Source: Selaginella moellendorffii
Taxonomy: Eukaryota; Plantae; Lycopodiophyta
Direction of reading: 5' to 3'
Length of the DNA: 27,205 bases
Assembly: GCF_000143415.4 (NCBI RefSeq)
Contig: NW_003314289.1
Span: 1-27,205, forward strand
The first letter of the stretch is position 1, and each line of letters starts with the position of its first letter. Of the stretch, positions 1-10,950 are shown one piece after another. The notes below the pieces were generated by a model. It was not told where the DNA came from, ran no database searches, and saw nothing but the letters and a program-made list of their open reading frames with translations. The translations under genes were made by a program, and so were the position numbers.

Positions 1-291
1 ATTCTATCATGGCCCAATGCAATTTACCTTTCTCTATCATTCTTTGCAAGTGGGAAGTTTTTGTTAAATCACAACCGAGGCCACTACATTTACATTTGAT
101 GGTTTCACGACAGGCCGCATATACAAATGTATTTATAGAGAATAAGTATAGGTATATTCTCTTCTTAAAGATCGTGTATGCATGATTGATCAAATTGGTT
201 GCATAGATTTGTCTATGAAGCAAGTTGTAAAAGTTGGTACATATAGTTAGTCGAAAGAGAAGCAAATTCCAAAGAAGTTGGGCATACTATC

Positions 292-1700
292 ATGACAAAA
301 GGAGCCATTCTCTTTGTGATCATTACAGTTCTGGCGAGAGCAACAGCATCATCGATCTCAGTTCACGAGGGCAATGTTCGAAGTGTAACATGCTTCACAG
401 CAATCCTGAGCATGGATGGTGACTCATCCCACAAATCCAACTGGCAGTTTCTTCCATATTTACAATCAAGCAGCCAGCAGGCCTTTCTTGCGTACATGGT
501 CTCCAGCTTCTCGGGTTGAAACCTCACCGCAGAAGTTGCGGAGAAAGGTGGCCTTCTCTCAACCAAGAACTCTTCTCTCATAGAGCACAAATCCAAGGCA
601 AAGATCAAGAGCTTGGGAACTATGAAGATCACCATGTGGGCATTAGGTCTTGACGCGCTGGAGCTGGAACCTGTCTTAAGTTCACGCCCGTGGTAATCCG
701 AGCCATTCCAGGCACCACAAAGTATGCATTCTTTTCCCTCTGGGAAGAGAAAGATGGTGTACTGAGCAACACTGTTGGATCCAAAGTTTTGACCCTTCCC
801 AACTGGAACACGCATATCGAAATGTCAAGCGGGATGACTTTGAGAAGCATCGATCCTGATCGTGCCAATGCAACTGGCCTCGGTTTTTGCAAGGGGATGG
901 AGCTAGATCCACAAACTTTCAACCGAAGCATTGTAAAGCTCAGGGGGAGAGATTTTGATCCATGGTCGAATTTCAGGGTCAATACAGCTCCAGAAGCAGC
1001 AGGATTCGACATGTCCCAGGGAGTCGTCTTCGCGAGTAGGCCACGCAGAAACCTTTGCCTTCTTGGAGCTGACAACTCCTCAAGCAGCAATTCCATTACC
1101 TCGTCAGTCGACTTGACGACCACCACGACACTTGTCCACGTTCTGGGATCTTTCATGTCTCACGTCAAGAACTCTTACATTCAAGCGCAGAACTCGGCCC
1201 TGGATCTCAATCATCCAGCGTCGGATTTCTGGGTGGCAGCAGTAGCTCTTCCCAGTGCCTTCATAGCCGTGGTGGCAGCAGCTGTGCCTTTCATCGATTT
1301 CCAGCTCAGGCTCTTCACGGACTTGACGAATTTCCAGTGATGGAAGACATTGATGCTTTGTGTGAGCAATTCCATTATCTCGGTTGCATCTTACACTCCT
1401 GTGATTGCCGTCACCCCTGCCGAGCTTCAGAGGGAGAGGAAATTTGCAACCTGGGGGCTGCTGGCAGACCAAGTTCCAATCACAAAGCGAGGGCTTGAAG
1501 TTCTCGTTGTTGTCAAGGGCGAGTCGGTATATAAATCCAGCAGCCTCATACTTGCATGGTGCTCCACTGCGATCCTCGTTCCAGTGGTCGCGTGCATCAC
1601 ATTCTATAGATGCAAGCAAGTTTTCTACAGGAGGGGGCTTCTCAATGCCCCGGGTAACCCGGAAGAAGAACGAATTCATGATCTTCTAGAGGGAGCGTGA
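292..1700 (+). pseudogene. Disrupted intronless gene for a signal-peptide-bearing membrane protein of unknown family
   Basis: ATG 292 gives the signal-like MTKGAILFVIITVLARATASS. The frame hits TGA at 517-519, then needs one frameshift (probably near 540-545). The second frame has TGA at 651-653 and 1338-1340 and ends at TGA 1698-1700. ORFs 690..1340 and 1350..1700 are in the same frame, separated by one TGA. Together they give three hydrophobic segments (FWVAAVALPSAFIAVVAAAVPF; LMLCVSNSIISVASYTPVIAV; LILAWCSTAILVPVVACITFY) followed by a basic stop-transfer RCKQVFYRR. Confidence 0.65.
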
Positions 1701-1909
1701 GGCAGCTAGAAGAGCAGCGGCGGCGCTAGAAGAGCAGACTTATTTAAAATAAAACATTTTAAACAATTTTTATAAGAAAGCTACTAAAAATGCTTCCCTT
1801 TAGGTTAGCTGCAAGTTTAGTTCACAACCTTGGATTATCTAGGTATATCCATTGGTTTTTCTAAAAGAATTTAATTATTCACGGTAGACTCACTCCTTTG
1901 GAAAAACCA

Positions 1910-3882
1910 TTAGTCAATCTCTGCATGGACATAGTCTTTATACACAAAGTTTTCTTCCAACTCCTTCAACAGGAACGCTGTCCCTGCACTAGCCATTGCA
2001 AGGCCTGCAAATATAAGCTTGAGAATGATCTCCTGAGGGATTCCTGTAGCAACAGCAAACACCACTGTGGCTCCAATGAGAACTCTCCCAGCGACCTTGA
2101 AAGCTTTGAATGCGTTCCTACACGAGGAGCAATTCAGTGTGTGCTGCTGGTATCGATCGAGCATCTGTAAGAACACAACACAAACGTTAAAGTAAGCTTC
2201 CAATAGCAGGCAATCACTTTACCTGTTGCTTGGACAGAACAGTCGATGGTAAAGGCTGGGTTTTGCTAGTTCCAGCGGCCCACTTTGGCTCACCATTGCC
2301 ATGCTTGCGAAGCCAGTTTCTGAACTCTAGAACAAACCTGTCTGCTTGAGTGGGAGTAAACGTAATCTGCGAATACTTGGCGTTGATGTCTCCTCCTGTT
2401 GCCAAAAACTTCTTCTCTTGGCCTTGAAGAACTATCATGTCGCCATCGTAAACTTTGTTGGAAGTCCAGTGTTCGTGCCATCGTGGTACCAGCTGCAATA
2501 CGAGAGAGTTAAAAAAGAACTGAAAGATATAAGAATGACGCGGAACTTGCCTGCCACCAAGCAGGGCCGGGCATGAGAAACGTGAAAAAATTACGAGCGC
2601 TGCAAACGATGGAGCGAGTTTGTCCTGGAGCCATTGGGACGTTGAAGGAGCAAATCCATATCTCCCATGTCTTAGGACCTTGAAGAGGTAGTGTAACTGG
2701 TATCTCGATCCTGAACAAAACATTGTTGAAGAGCTCTATCGCCAAAAAGTAGCCAAGAACTTACTTGTTTATGTAGTAGCATGGAGCTAGAAACTCGGCC
2801 GTGATCTTTGGAGTGTCGGAATTGGCACCAGAAAATCCCCATGGGCCTCTCGAATCCACCTTGAAAGTAAGAGGCTTGGCTCTATCCCTCTTGCCTGTAA
2901 CCTTCAGTCGCAAAGCTTTCTGTCTAGCTCAAAAAGAACTGTGATACTGGATCTCCATACCTTGTGATGAGCGAAATCAATGTGTGATGGATCGGAAACG
3001 TTCTCCATAAGAGTGTCGTAGCCATAGAAGAGATCACGCTGTATAGTCACTGTCGAAAAGCTAGGATCATCAAACACAGCAGGCAATCTAAACAACAAAG
3101 ACACACTTTAGCGCATAGATTTTGATGCCAGGATCACTTACTGAGGAGGCTGTGTTCTTTGAGCGCTTTCCCAGCCTTTCTCGTCAGGCCAAACAAACAG
3201 GAGCCCTTGCGAAACAACCGCAGGAAAGGAGATGGCACACGCTCTTGGAGAAGCGACCGCTTTCGACTCGGGGCCTTGAGTTGCCGCTTGCGGAATTTTT
3301 CCACAAGAGCCATCGCCCTTGAATGACCAACCGTGGTAAGAGCACTGAAGCCATCCATTCTCGTCAATCCTTCCTTCCTGTGCAGGAAAAAAACAGACCT
3401 CTTAGCCATTAACACATATAAAACTAGGAAAAAAAACTTAAAAGAAAACGTACCGATAACGGAGCCAATCTGTGAGGACATTGATCCGAGAAAGCCCTCC
3501 AGTTTCCTTCCCCGTCCTTCCACACAACTATCTCCCTCCCCAAGAGCTTGAATGGAGTAGCGGCCTTTGGATCCAAATCCTCTACAAGAGAAACCGGGTA
3601 CCAGTGCTCGGTCCACGAGAACTTCTTGTCCTCCTTGTCCTGGCTCTCCCCAAGACTTTGCTGTAAGAATTGTTGCTCGTCTTCTTTCACAGTGCTACTA
3701 GACCCTGGCGCTGAGGAAGTTATTGCACCTGTGACCGTGATTTTTCCTCTTCTTCTCCTGGAGAAACTTACAAAACCGATGGTTTTTCTTGCCTTGATGA
3801 AGGCACCAGTGCTGCAGCTGGTACTGCTTGCGAGAGTGTCTAAACGTAGACTGTTGCACGCGATTCCTCCATAGACTGCCAT
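1910..3882 (-). CDS. PAO: Pheophorbide a oxygenase (chloroplast Rieske non-heme iron oxygenase, ACD1/LLS1), 7 exons
   Basis: Exons 3882-3454, 3377-3142, 3087-2961, 2901-2765, 2710-2551, 2492-2223, 2164-1910. Transit-peptide-like N-terminus. Rieske motif [26 protein letters not shown]. Mononuclear Fe motif ENVSDPSHIDFAHH. PAO signatures PRWHEHWTSNKVYDGD, TPTQADRFVLEFRNWL and CSSC. C-terminus NFVYKDYVHAEID. Confidence 0.96.
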
Positions 3883-4112
3883 GGCGGCTAAGGAAAGGAA
3901 AAGTGAAGTTAAAAGATCAAGTTTTGCTTAAAACGAAGTTCGAGAATGTTCGCAAACCACGGTAGCTCGACACGGCTCTCGACTGAAAACGAAATATCTT
4001 GCGCCTCAAGAAACTGTCTTAAAACTGATCGCGTGATCATGTTAAAGTGACAAAAAAAGTGCCGACTCTAATTCCTCAATGTCCAAGCACTAAAACCGAG
4101 CAAACCTGAAAT

Positions 4113-5363
4113 CTATCTTCTCTTTTTGAAGCTTTTCTTTTGTTTGCGTTTGTTGTTTCGACCGGCTGAACTCTTTTCCATAATCTCTGCAAACTTACGC
4201 TTTCTACACACAAGGAAGTGCAGAGCAACTAAGCCAGGAAAATTCAAAAAACAATCTCGATCAAACCTGAAAGTTTGAACGCCGGCATCTGCGAGAAGCT
4301 CCTCTGCGATTGTGGCTTTACGTTCAGCCCTGGTCAGCCTGCTTGAATAAAACTCCCCAGGTCCTTCCACAACAGTACCAATCTGCACTGGTCATTAGAA
4401 CTTCCTCTATATCACAAAACCTCTAGAGCTATTTACCTGAAAGTACTTGGGAAGTTTTTTGGAATCCTCCTTCTTGTAGTGACGCTTTGGATCCAGAGCA
4501 CCTCTCAACTAAAGAGTAGCATCCAGCAAGCTCTTAGAACAAAGATCGAAGCTTTCAAAAGCAATTCATACCTTGATAAGCTGAAGCTCTCGTTTCAGCT
4601 CTGGTGTCAAAGTTTGTGCAGGCATGTTAAACCTGTGAAGCTGTGAGTGAGAGAGAAAGCAGAAAAACTACACAAAACTTACCATTTAGCACCAGCTGTG
4701 TCAGGGATATTTTTTCTGGCAAGCTTATTGAGCTTGCGAACGTTCCGTGTTGGTACGAACAATCCGTCTTGCAAATCTTTCTCGGGATCCATGATAGAAC
4801 TCTGCAACTTTGTCGTAAGAAGCTGTGTGGAAGTGGGAAGGCCAGTGTTTGGAACCCATGAAACTGCTTTCGGTGTAGCTTTCTTGATAGAAAAACATTG
4901 TTTCTCTAGAGCTTGGCGATCCCCAACACTGCTATAGTTACACATAAGGAAGAACTTGAAAAACAAAGAAAAAAACTTACCGTGTAGAACCCGAGTGGAC
5001 GCGTAGTGAATTCACCAGTAAATCGACCATGTCTTCGTCGTTCTCCTCATCGTCATCGCTGCTCTCACTATCGCTGCTCACTACCACCACATCACTCGAT
5101 CCATTCGCGACCGATCCATCTCCCACGCTTGGAATTTCCTTCTCCTCCTTTTTAGAATCATCTGATCTGGCATTGGCGATCACAGGCTCGGCCACAATTT
5201 CCTTTTCTTGCAATACGGAAGAAGAATCTCTCCTCTCAGCTTCCAGCGCTCGCGGCTTCTTCAGCAATCCATCCACTTTCCTGGTGAGATTCTTGAGGCC
5301 AGTCCTCAGCATCATGATCGCTGGCGGAACATCCCCAGCATTCTCGTCATCTGCGCTCGCCAT
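4113..5363 (-). CDS. FCF2: Fcf2 / DNTTIP2-family pre-rRNA processing protein, 6 coding exons
   Basis: Exons 5363-4981, ~4931-4683, 4632-4572, 4508-4437, 4382-4267, 4203-4113. The spliced product contains the Fcf2 domain DTAGAKWFNMPAQTLTPELKRELQLIKLRGALDPKRHYKK..PKYFQIGTVVEGPGEFYSSRLTRAERKATIAEELL and a basic C-terminal tail. Confidence 0.92.
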
Positions 5364-5609
5364 AACCTGAGCAGACAAAGAACCCTAAACCCCGCCAAAG
5401 AACCCTACCGCATCCAAGCCGTCCAAATTCAAAGCGGAGTAACGACAATCTCCACCGTCCAATTCAAAAAGCCGCAGGACCAAATCGTGGCCGTTCGTCG
5501 TAATCCACAGTTGAGGCGCGCCTAGGGCTTTTAGCTCCACAATTTTTGGCGATGGCGGGGGCGAGCTTCTCGCCTTCTCGGCGCGCGTGCTACATTTGAT
5601 CCACTAGCG
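5364..5609. promoter_or_regulatory. Bidirectional promoter/5'UTR region between FCF2 and the EF-hand gene, with a telo-box
   Basis: Divergent ATGs at 5363 (-) and 5610 (+) are only 246 bp apart. AAACCCTA at 5401-5408 and AACCCTAAAC at 5381-5390. Confidence 0.6.
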
Positions 5610-8468
5610 ATGGCAGAGAATGAATCGCTGTTCCAAGGCACGTCGCGATGGCGGCGAATGTCGATGGATACGCTCCACGCAGCGGATGATGTCAGGTATG
5701 CTTACGATTTTAATTTTTTTTCTATCTCACCTGTTTGAGTGTTCGTGTGTTTCTAGACGCGATGGACGAGCTAAGAGTGCGCCTTACGTATCTGGGAAAT
5801 ATAATCGCGCTGGCTCACTTACCACCGAAGGTACTTCGTTAGCTAGTTCCAGCTGGGATTGCAATGTTTCTTTCCTTCTTTCTTTCATTCAGGAATTCCT
5901 TTGTCTACTCCAGCACCACTCTACAAGTATCTCAACCGGGGACCTAGTGCTGTAAGTCCACAAGAAAGGCGTGTTTTTTCTTACGGGGTAGCTTCTCCTA
6001 AACGCAAATTCACTCTTGCAGAGTCCAACACTTACGAAGAACTGGCCGGAGCTAAAGAACAGACCACGTAAACCACTTCGAAGTATGCTTTTCAATGTTC
6101 TAGTGATTCACGTCATTGACACAATAGTATTCTTGGTTTGCAGATAGGCCAAATGATTGCCTATACATTGATGACATCGAAGGCTGCCGTCCTGATCCAA
6201 AGGTAATTGTTTTTTGTTTTGATGATGCCGCAGCGATCTTTTTCAGAACATGAAGCTAGGAAACAAAGCGAGAGGCACAAGCCCGCTGGTCCCGGAATAC
6301 AAGTTACCAAGTTTTGTAGAGCCTTCTCCTTATGAGCCGAAGTTCTTGAAAGACAGGTCCGTTTTCTCGCTTGTAAGTGTCCTTCATTAACATCTGTTTT
6401 ACTTGTCTCAGCATGAACGTAAACGACATTGATGGGAGCCGACCATCATCACGAATTTCATCCAGGGTAACCTTTTGTGCGTATACAACACACTGAAAGC
6501 GTAGTAATTTTTTAATCAAGTCCTTTGCCAATGTAGGGTCTTTCTGATGGTCCAGGAGAGGGATCACATGACTGTGACGGACATAGAGGGCAGCACCGCT
6601 GGCTGGAAGCCTACTCACAGGCGTAACTTTGGTAACTCTTTTTTCGTTTGGAAGTTTAGTGGAGAATAAGTATGACACTTTCAGGGAAATATACAAGGGA
6701 TTTATGCTTGCAAGTTCATGATATCAGTCCACCAAAATGTAGATACGTACGTGACCCCTGCTCGGAAGTGTACGAGCCGGTTGAAGGAGCACATCCACAA
6801 CCGCGTTCACGGCCTAGAAGTCCATGGTCACCTGTCGATTCGAGCCTTCGTACCGCTGACATCGAGGTGAAGACGTCAGTTGTGAATAATTGACGACCGC
6901 ATAGCGCTTTCTTCAGGGTACTGAAGCAGATAGTATGCTTTTAAAGTCTAAGGTTAAAATGCGGAAGAAGAAGAGCGCCAGTCGGAATATGGTGACCACT
7001 CAACAAGAAAAGGCAGAGCTGGTTGCCGTAAAACTGCTCAAGACGAGAGTATTGGTATGTTTAATACGATTCAGAATATTTTTCTGATGTATTTTCTTCG
7101 CAGGATCAAATGAAAGGGAAAAGCTGCAAAGAAGTCGTGCGCGCTTTCAAGAATAAAGATCGGCAAGCATCTGGTTTTCCTGACTTTTACTCTGGCGTTG
7201 CGTGCGTCTTACTTTAAAACCGTGTGCAGGCAAACTTACTATTGATGAGGTGGAAAACGTGTTTAGAGCCTTGGACGTCGGTCTAAATTCTGCAGAACTA
7301 AGAGTGTTCTCGACAGCCTTTGACAGTTCAATAGATGGTGAGCATTTTCCTTGTGGACTTTTTAATTGTTGTTATACCTTGCTTGCAAGCAGGGTATCTC
7401 AACTACTGGCAGCTCATCAAACACTTGGTCCCTGTCGTTCCGTCGAAGATCAAAACACCGGGTGCTACCAGGGTGGTGCCTATGGCACTCCAAGGATGGT
7501 CGCAGACAGTAGAGCCGCAGCCTTGCTTCTTCCAAAAGTCCAGAGACGAGACTTGCGCAACGGAGAAAGCACACGAGATCTCAAGCCAAACAGGACGACT
7601 TCGAGAGGCACCAAAAGCGGTTGACAAGAGCACTGTAGAGGCTGAGACGGAAAAAGAAGAAGACAAGCGCGACGCGGCGCTTCCTTGGCGCCGCACTCAC
7701 AGCATGGACCTCAGCAGGCAAAGGAGACAAAGCGTACAGTTGCGAGGAAGACAAACGAGCTCGCCATTGCCGATAGGCGGCGCGTTTTGGCCCGAGGTGA
7801 AGCTGATAGGATCGCCAGTGCCTCCCAAGTCGTACCTGTCGCTATTCCACGATCACCACGAGCCTCACAACATATCTGGCTACTACCGGGTTTTGGACGA
7901 CTCCGAGAGGAGGTGGTCGACGAGAGTCGGCGAAAACTTATACACGGGCGAGGCCAACGTCGTTTGCAGCACTTCTTACTCGGAAGGCACGCAGTGGACG
8001 AGGCCTCCAAGCTCGCAGAGACGCTCCAGCAGCCGGTGTAGTACGCCTCTGGTGGACACGACTCGCCCGTCCATGGCCATGTCCGGGAGAACTTCCAGGC
8101 CATCGACCGCTCTATCAGCGACGAGACCCTCCACCGCCATGTCCGTCTACTTCGACGACGACGATAACGTTTCCAGCCGAGCAGCGCACTACACCGACGA
8201 GAACTCGGGATATCATCAATCCAGGGGTGGCGACGTCGCCAGGAAACTTAAGCGTCCACAGTCGGCATCGACGGTTCTTCTTCGTGGTGGCACGCCGGAG
8301 TGCTTGAGGACGATAAGCAACATGAACAGCGTGGGTTTAAGGCCGTATACAAGCCACAGCGCCGTGAGAAGCCGGTCACCTTCTAACAGATTGACGATGC
8401 CACACGGAGTCCAGAGGCAGCTGTCGCAGATGATGGACGATATTGCGGCAGTGAAAGCTCTGGTTTGA
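5610..8468 (+). CDS. Uncharacterised protein with repeated (L/M)xxxDI(E/D)G motifs, an EF-hand pair and an RPST(A)-rich tail; 13 exons; probable cilia/flagellum-associated protein
   Basis: GT-AG spliced model with a continuous frame: 5610-5695, 5757-5830, 5893-5951, 6022-6082, 6144-6202, 6247-6356, 6412-6466, 6556-6622, 6685-6866, 6917-7054, 7104-7173, 7230-7337, 7393-8468. EF-hand-like pair RAFKNKDRQASGKLTIDEV...FDSSIDGYLNYWQLI. The functional assignment is inference. Confidence 0.8.
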
Positions 8469-8778
8469 GAAAAGGAGCTAGCGAAGTGCGCACAAAGGTA
8501 CCTCCTTTTTCTTTTCTTTTTTTTGAGATGACTGCTTACGAACTTGTGGATGAGCAGAGTTTCTATAAGGTACACCAAGCTCGCGAATCTAGACTTAGAT
8601 CGAGAAGAGGAACCTTGGACCAATGTGATTATTGAACTCTCCCTTGTGATATCATAGAGCCACATTAATGTATATGTGTAATTGTGCCAAATTTTGATCC
8701 AGAATTTTGTTCCAAGCTCAAGAGTATGCTCTATCTTATACAGTGAAATTCTCACATTTCTAGAAATATCTCGGAGAA

Positions 8779-9665
8779 AAGTCCACAATAGAGTCTCATC
8801 TTCTCATGCGGATAGCTTCTCTTGAACGTAAAATCACTGTCAAAGGACTGGCCCGAGCTAGAGAGCAAAGTATGCTTCTCAAGGTTCCAGCGATTCACGT
8901 CTCTCGCTTTGCAGATTGGACCAAATGATTGATATACATTGACGATATCAAAGGCTGCCAAAGGTTCCTGTTTTGGTTGAAACGCCTAAAGCTATCAAGG
9001 GAAGCCTCACGAATTCATCTTGCAGCGTGATGTTCAATACGATCCCAGGATCAAACGAAAGCTCCAAAGAAGTCGTGCGCGCGTTCAAGAACAAAATAGA
9101 TCGGCAAGCATCTGGTTTCCTTGACGTCTACTCCGCCTCGCGTGCGTCGTACTCGAAAACTGTGCGGAAAGCAAAGCTCTACTATTGATAGTTTTCTCGC
9201 CAGCGTTTGACATTTCGATAGGCGGTCAGCATTTTGGTTGTGTGCTTCCACTGAAGAACGTAGCCTCGCCGCAGCCTTTGTTTCATCCTAAACTCCAGAG
9301 ACGGGACTTACGCAACGAGATCTCAAGCAAACCAGACGCCAAGCGCCACGCTCCAAAAGCGGCGCTGTAGAGAAACAGAAGAAGAGGACAAGAAGCACGA
9401 CCGCTTGCTTGTCGCCGCACTCACAAAGCAAGCAGAGAATACTGTTGCGAGGAAGACAAAGCAGGGCCAACGTCTTCAGCCGAGCAGGGAATTACACCAA
9501 CTTGAGGTCATCAATCCAGGGGTGGCGACGTCGCGAACAAGTCTAAGCGCCTGGGCGCACGCCAGAGCACTCGAGGGCGAATGAATTGCGTGGGTTTCAA
9601 GTCCGTAAAGTTGACGGACGTGAAAGGAGCAAAAGTATAGCACACAAAGCTCGGCTTTTCTTTCA
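8779..9665 (+). pseudogene. Internally deleted tandem duplicate of the 5610-8468 gene
   Basis: Collinear diverged blocks: 8909-8960 matches 6139-6188; 9069-9190 matches 7131-7247 (including intron); 9193-9235 matches 7307-7347; 9267-9360 matches 7514-7620; 9508-9535 (ATCAATCCAGGGGTGGCGACGTCGC) matches 8214-8240. No long ORF. Confidence 0.9.
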
Positions 9666-10950
9666 TGTTAGAGACCATTAAGTCGGGTTAAGGTACACTA
9701 ATTGGAGGTGACGAATCGTGAGAGTTCGACCACCTTTGTACTGGATGGATGAGGTACTTGATTCGGCCATTTTGGGGTTAACAAAAACAAGGGGATAGGA
9801 GCAACAGCGTGGAAGGCCAGCTAGCTGCCGTGGTTGCCAGACGCAAAATAGCTGAGAAAACTAAGGAATGGCAGTAGGATAGATATATAGCGCAGCAGCA
9901 CTTATCCATTCGCCTGGTAAAATGGCCTCTTTATCTGCGTGGGATTTCGCGAAAAATCTGACCTTGGGGTGGCGGACTGCTCGAAAACTCTTGTTGTGAT
10001 TATCCATCTGTGATCACTGGTGAGTCAGGAAATGCCGAGTTTTCGTAAGAGAGAAAGGGAAAAGAATGAGATCATCTGTGATCAGTCAGCAAATGCGAGG
10101 CAGCAGGAACTTGGGAGTCAGCAAAAGATTCCTCCCTGTCACTGACTTCCAAGTTTGCAAATCAGGAATGCAGCTATGGAGTTGCATTTTTTTTTTCTTC
10201 CTCCAAACCAGAGACATGGATCATGTAACCAAAGAAGTTCTGATCCATATGGAGAAACTCCCAAATTCCCAATCCAAGAAGTTGAGATCAGAGAAACCAG
10301 GGAGACTTTGGAAGCAAGAAAAGGTTCTGGACATTTGTCAAGAACAACCCTTTTTCTCTTTCTTCATTTTTTCCTCCATTTTTTTCTCTCTCTCTCTGAT
10401 TCTCCTGCTGCTTCCGCTTCTGCTGCTGCTGCTGCGCTGCAAAACACGAGAAAAAAGAGTAGAAAAAAAACACAGCACTCCCATTCATCAATTCCACTAT
10501 GCCATTTTCAGTCAGATCGAGAGAGAAGAAAAACTAGAAAAACAAGAAACACACACCACCTGCGATTTTACAGTCAAAGAGATTCTTTTTCTGATTTCCT
10601 CTGGAGCAGCATCAAGCTTGGCCAGAAAAATAAAAACTAAAGAACATTGAAAAAAAAGGGGAGAAGAAATCCTCTAAGTGTATATCATCTTCACAATATC
10701 ATACCTAGGGAAGGAGGCAAAAAACCAGAGAAAATCCTGCTCTTCTTCTTCTTTTCTTGCCGTCATTGTGCTCAAAACTTCAATCTAATCCAGTGTGGGT
10801 GAGAGGGAGTGAGAGAGATAAGATCGAAAGGGATGAAGAACAAAGCTAGACAACTATAAGAAAAGAAAAGAAAAGAAAAGAAAAAACTGACCAAAACGCG
10901 AGGAACAAGCGATTGGATCGACCCAACAATCGTTCGTCCTCGCTCTTGGA

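Noticed and set aside
517-1340. TGA recoding (selenocysteine, read-through or U-to-C editing) of the in-frame stops
   Set aside because: A frameshift is also required, land plants lack Sec incorporation, and stop-repairing editing is organellar. Deamination explains the TGAs.
363-1679. Minus-strand ORFs 363..815, 629..1156, 1104..1679
   Set aside because: No motifs or consistent splice structure; better explained as antisense shadows of the plus-strand membrane-protein pseudogene.
10066-10650. Plus-strand 194-aa and 161-aa ORFs
   Set aside because: Low-complexity translation of T/A runs and CTG repeats; no protein features.
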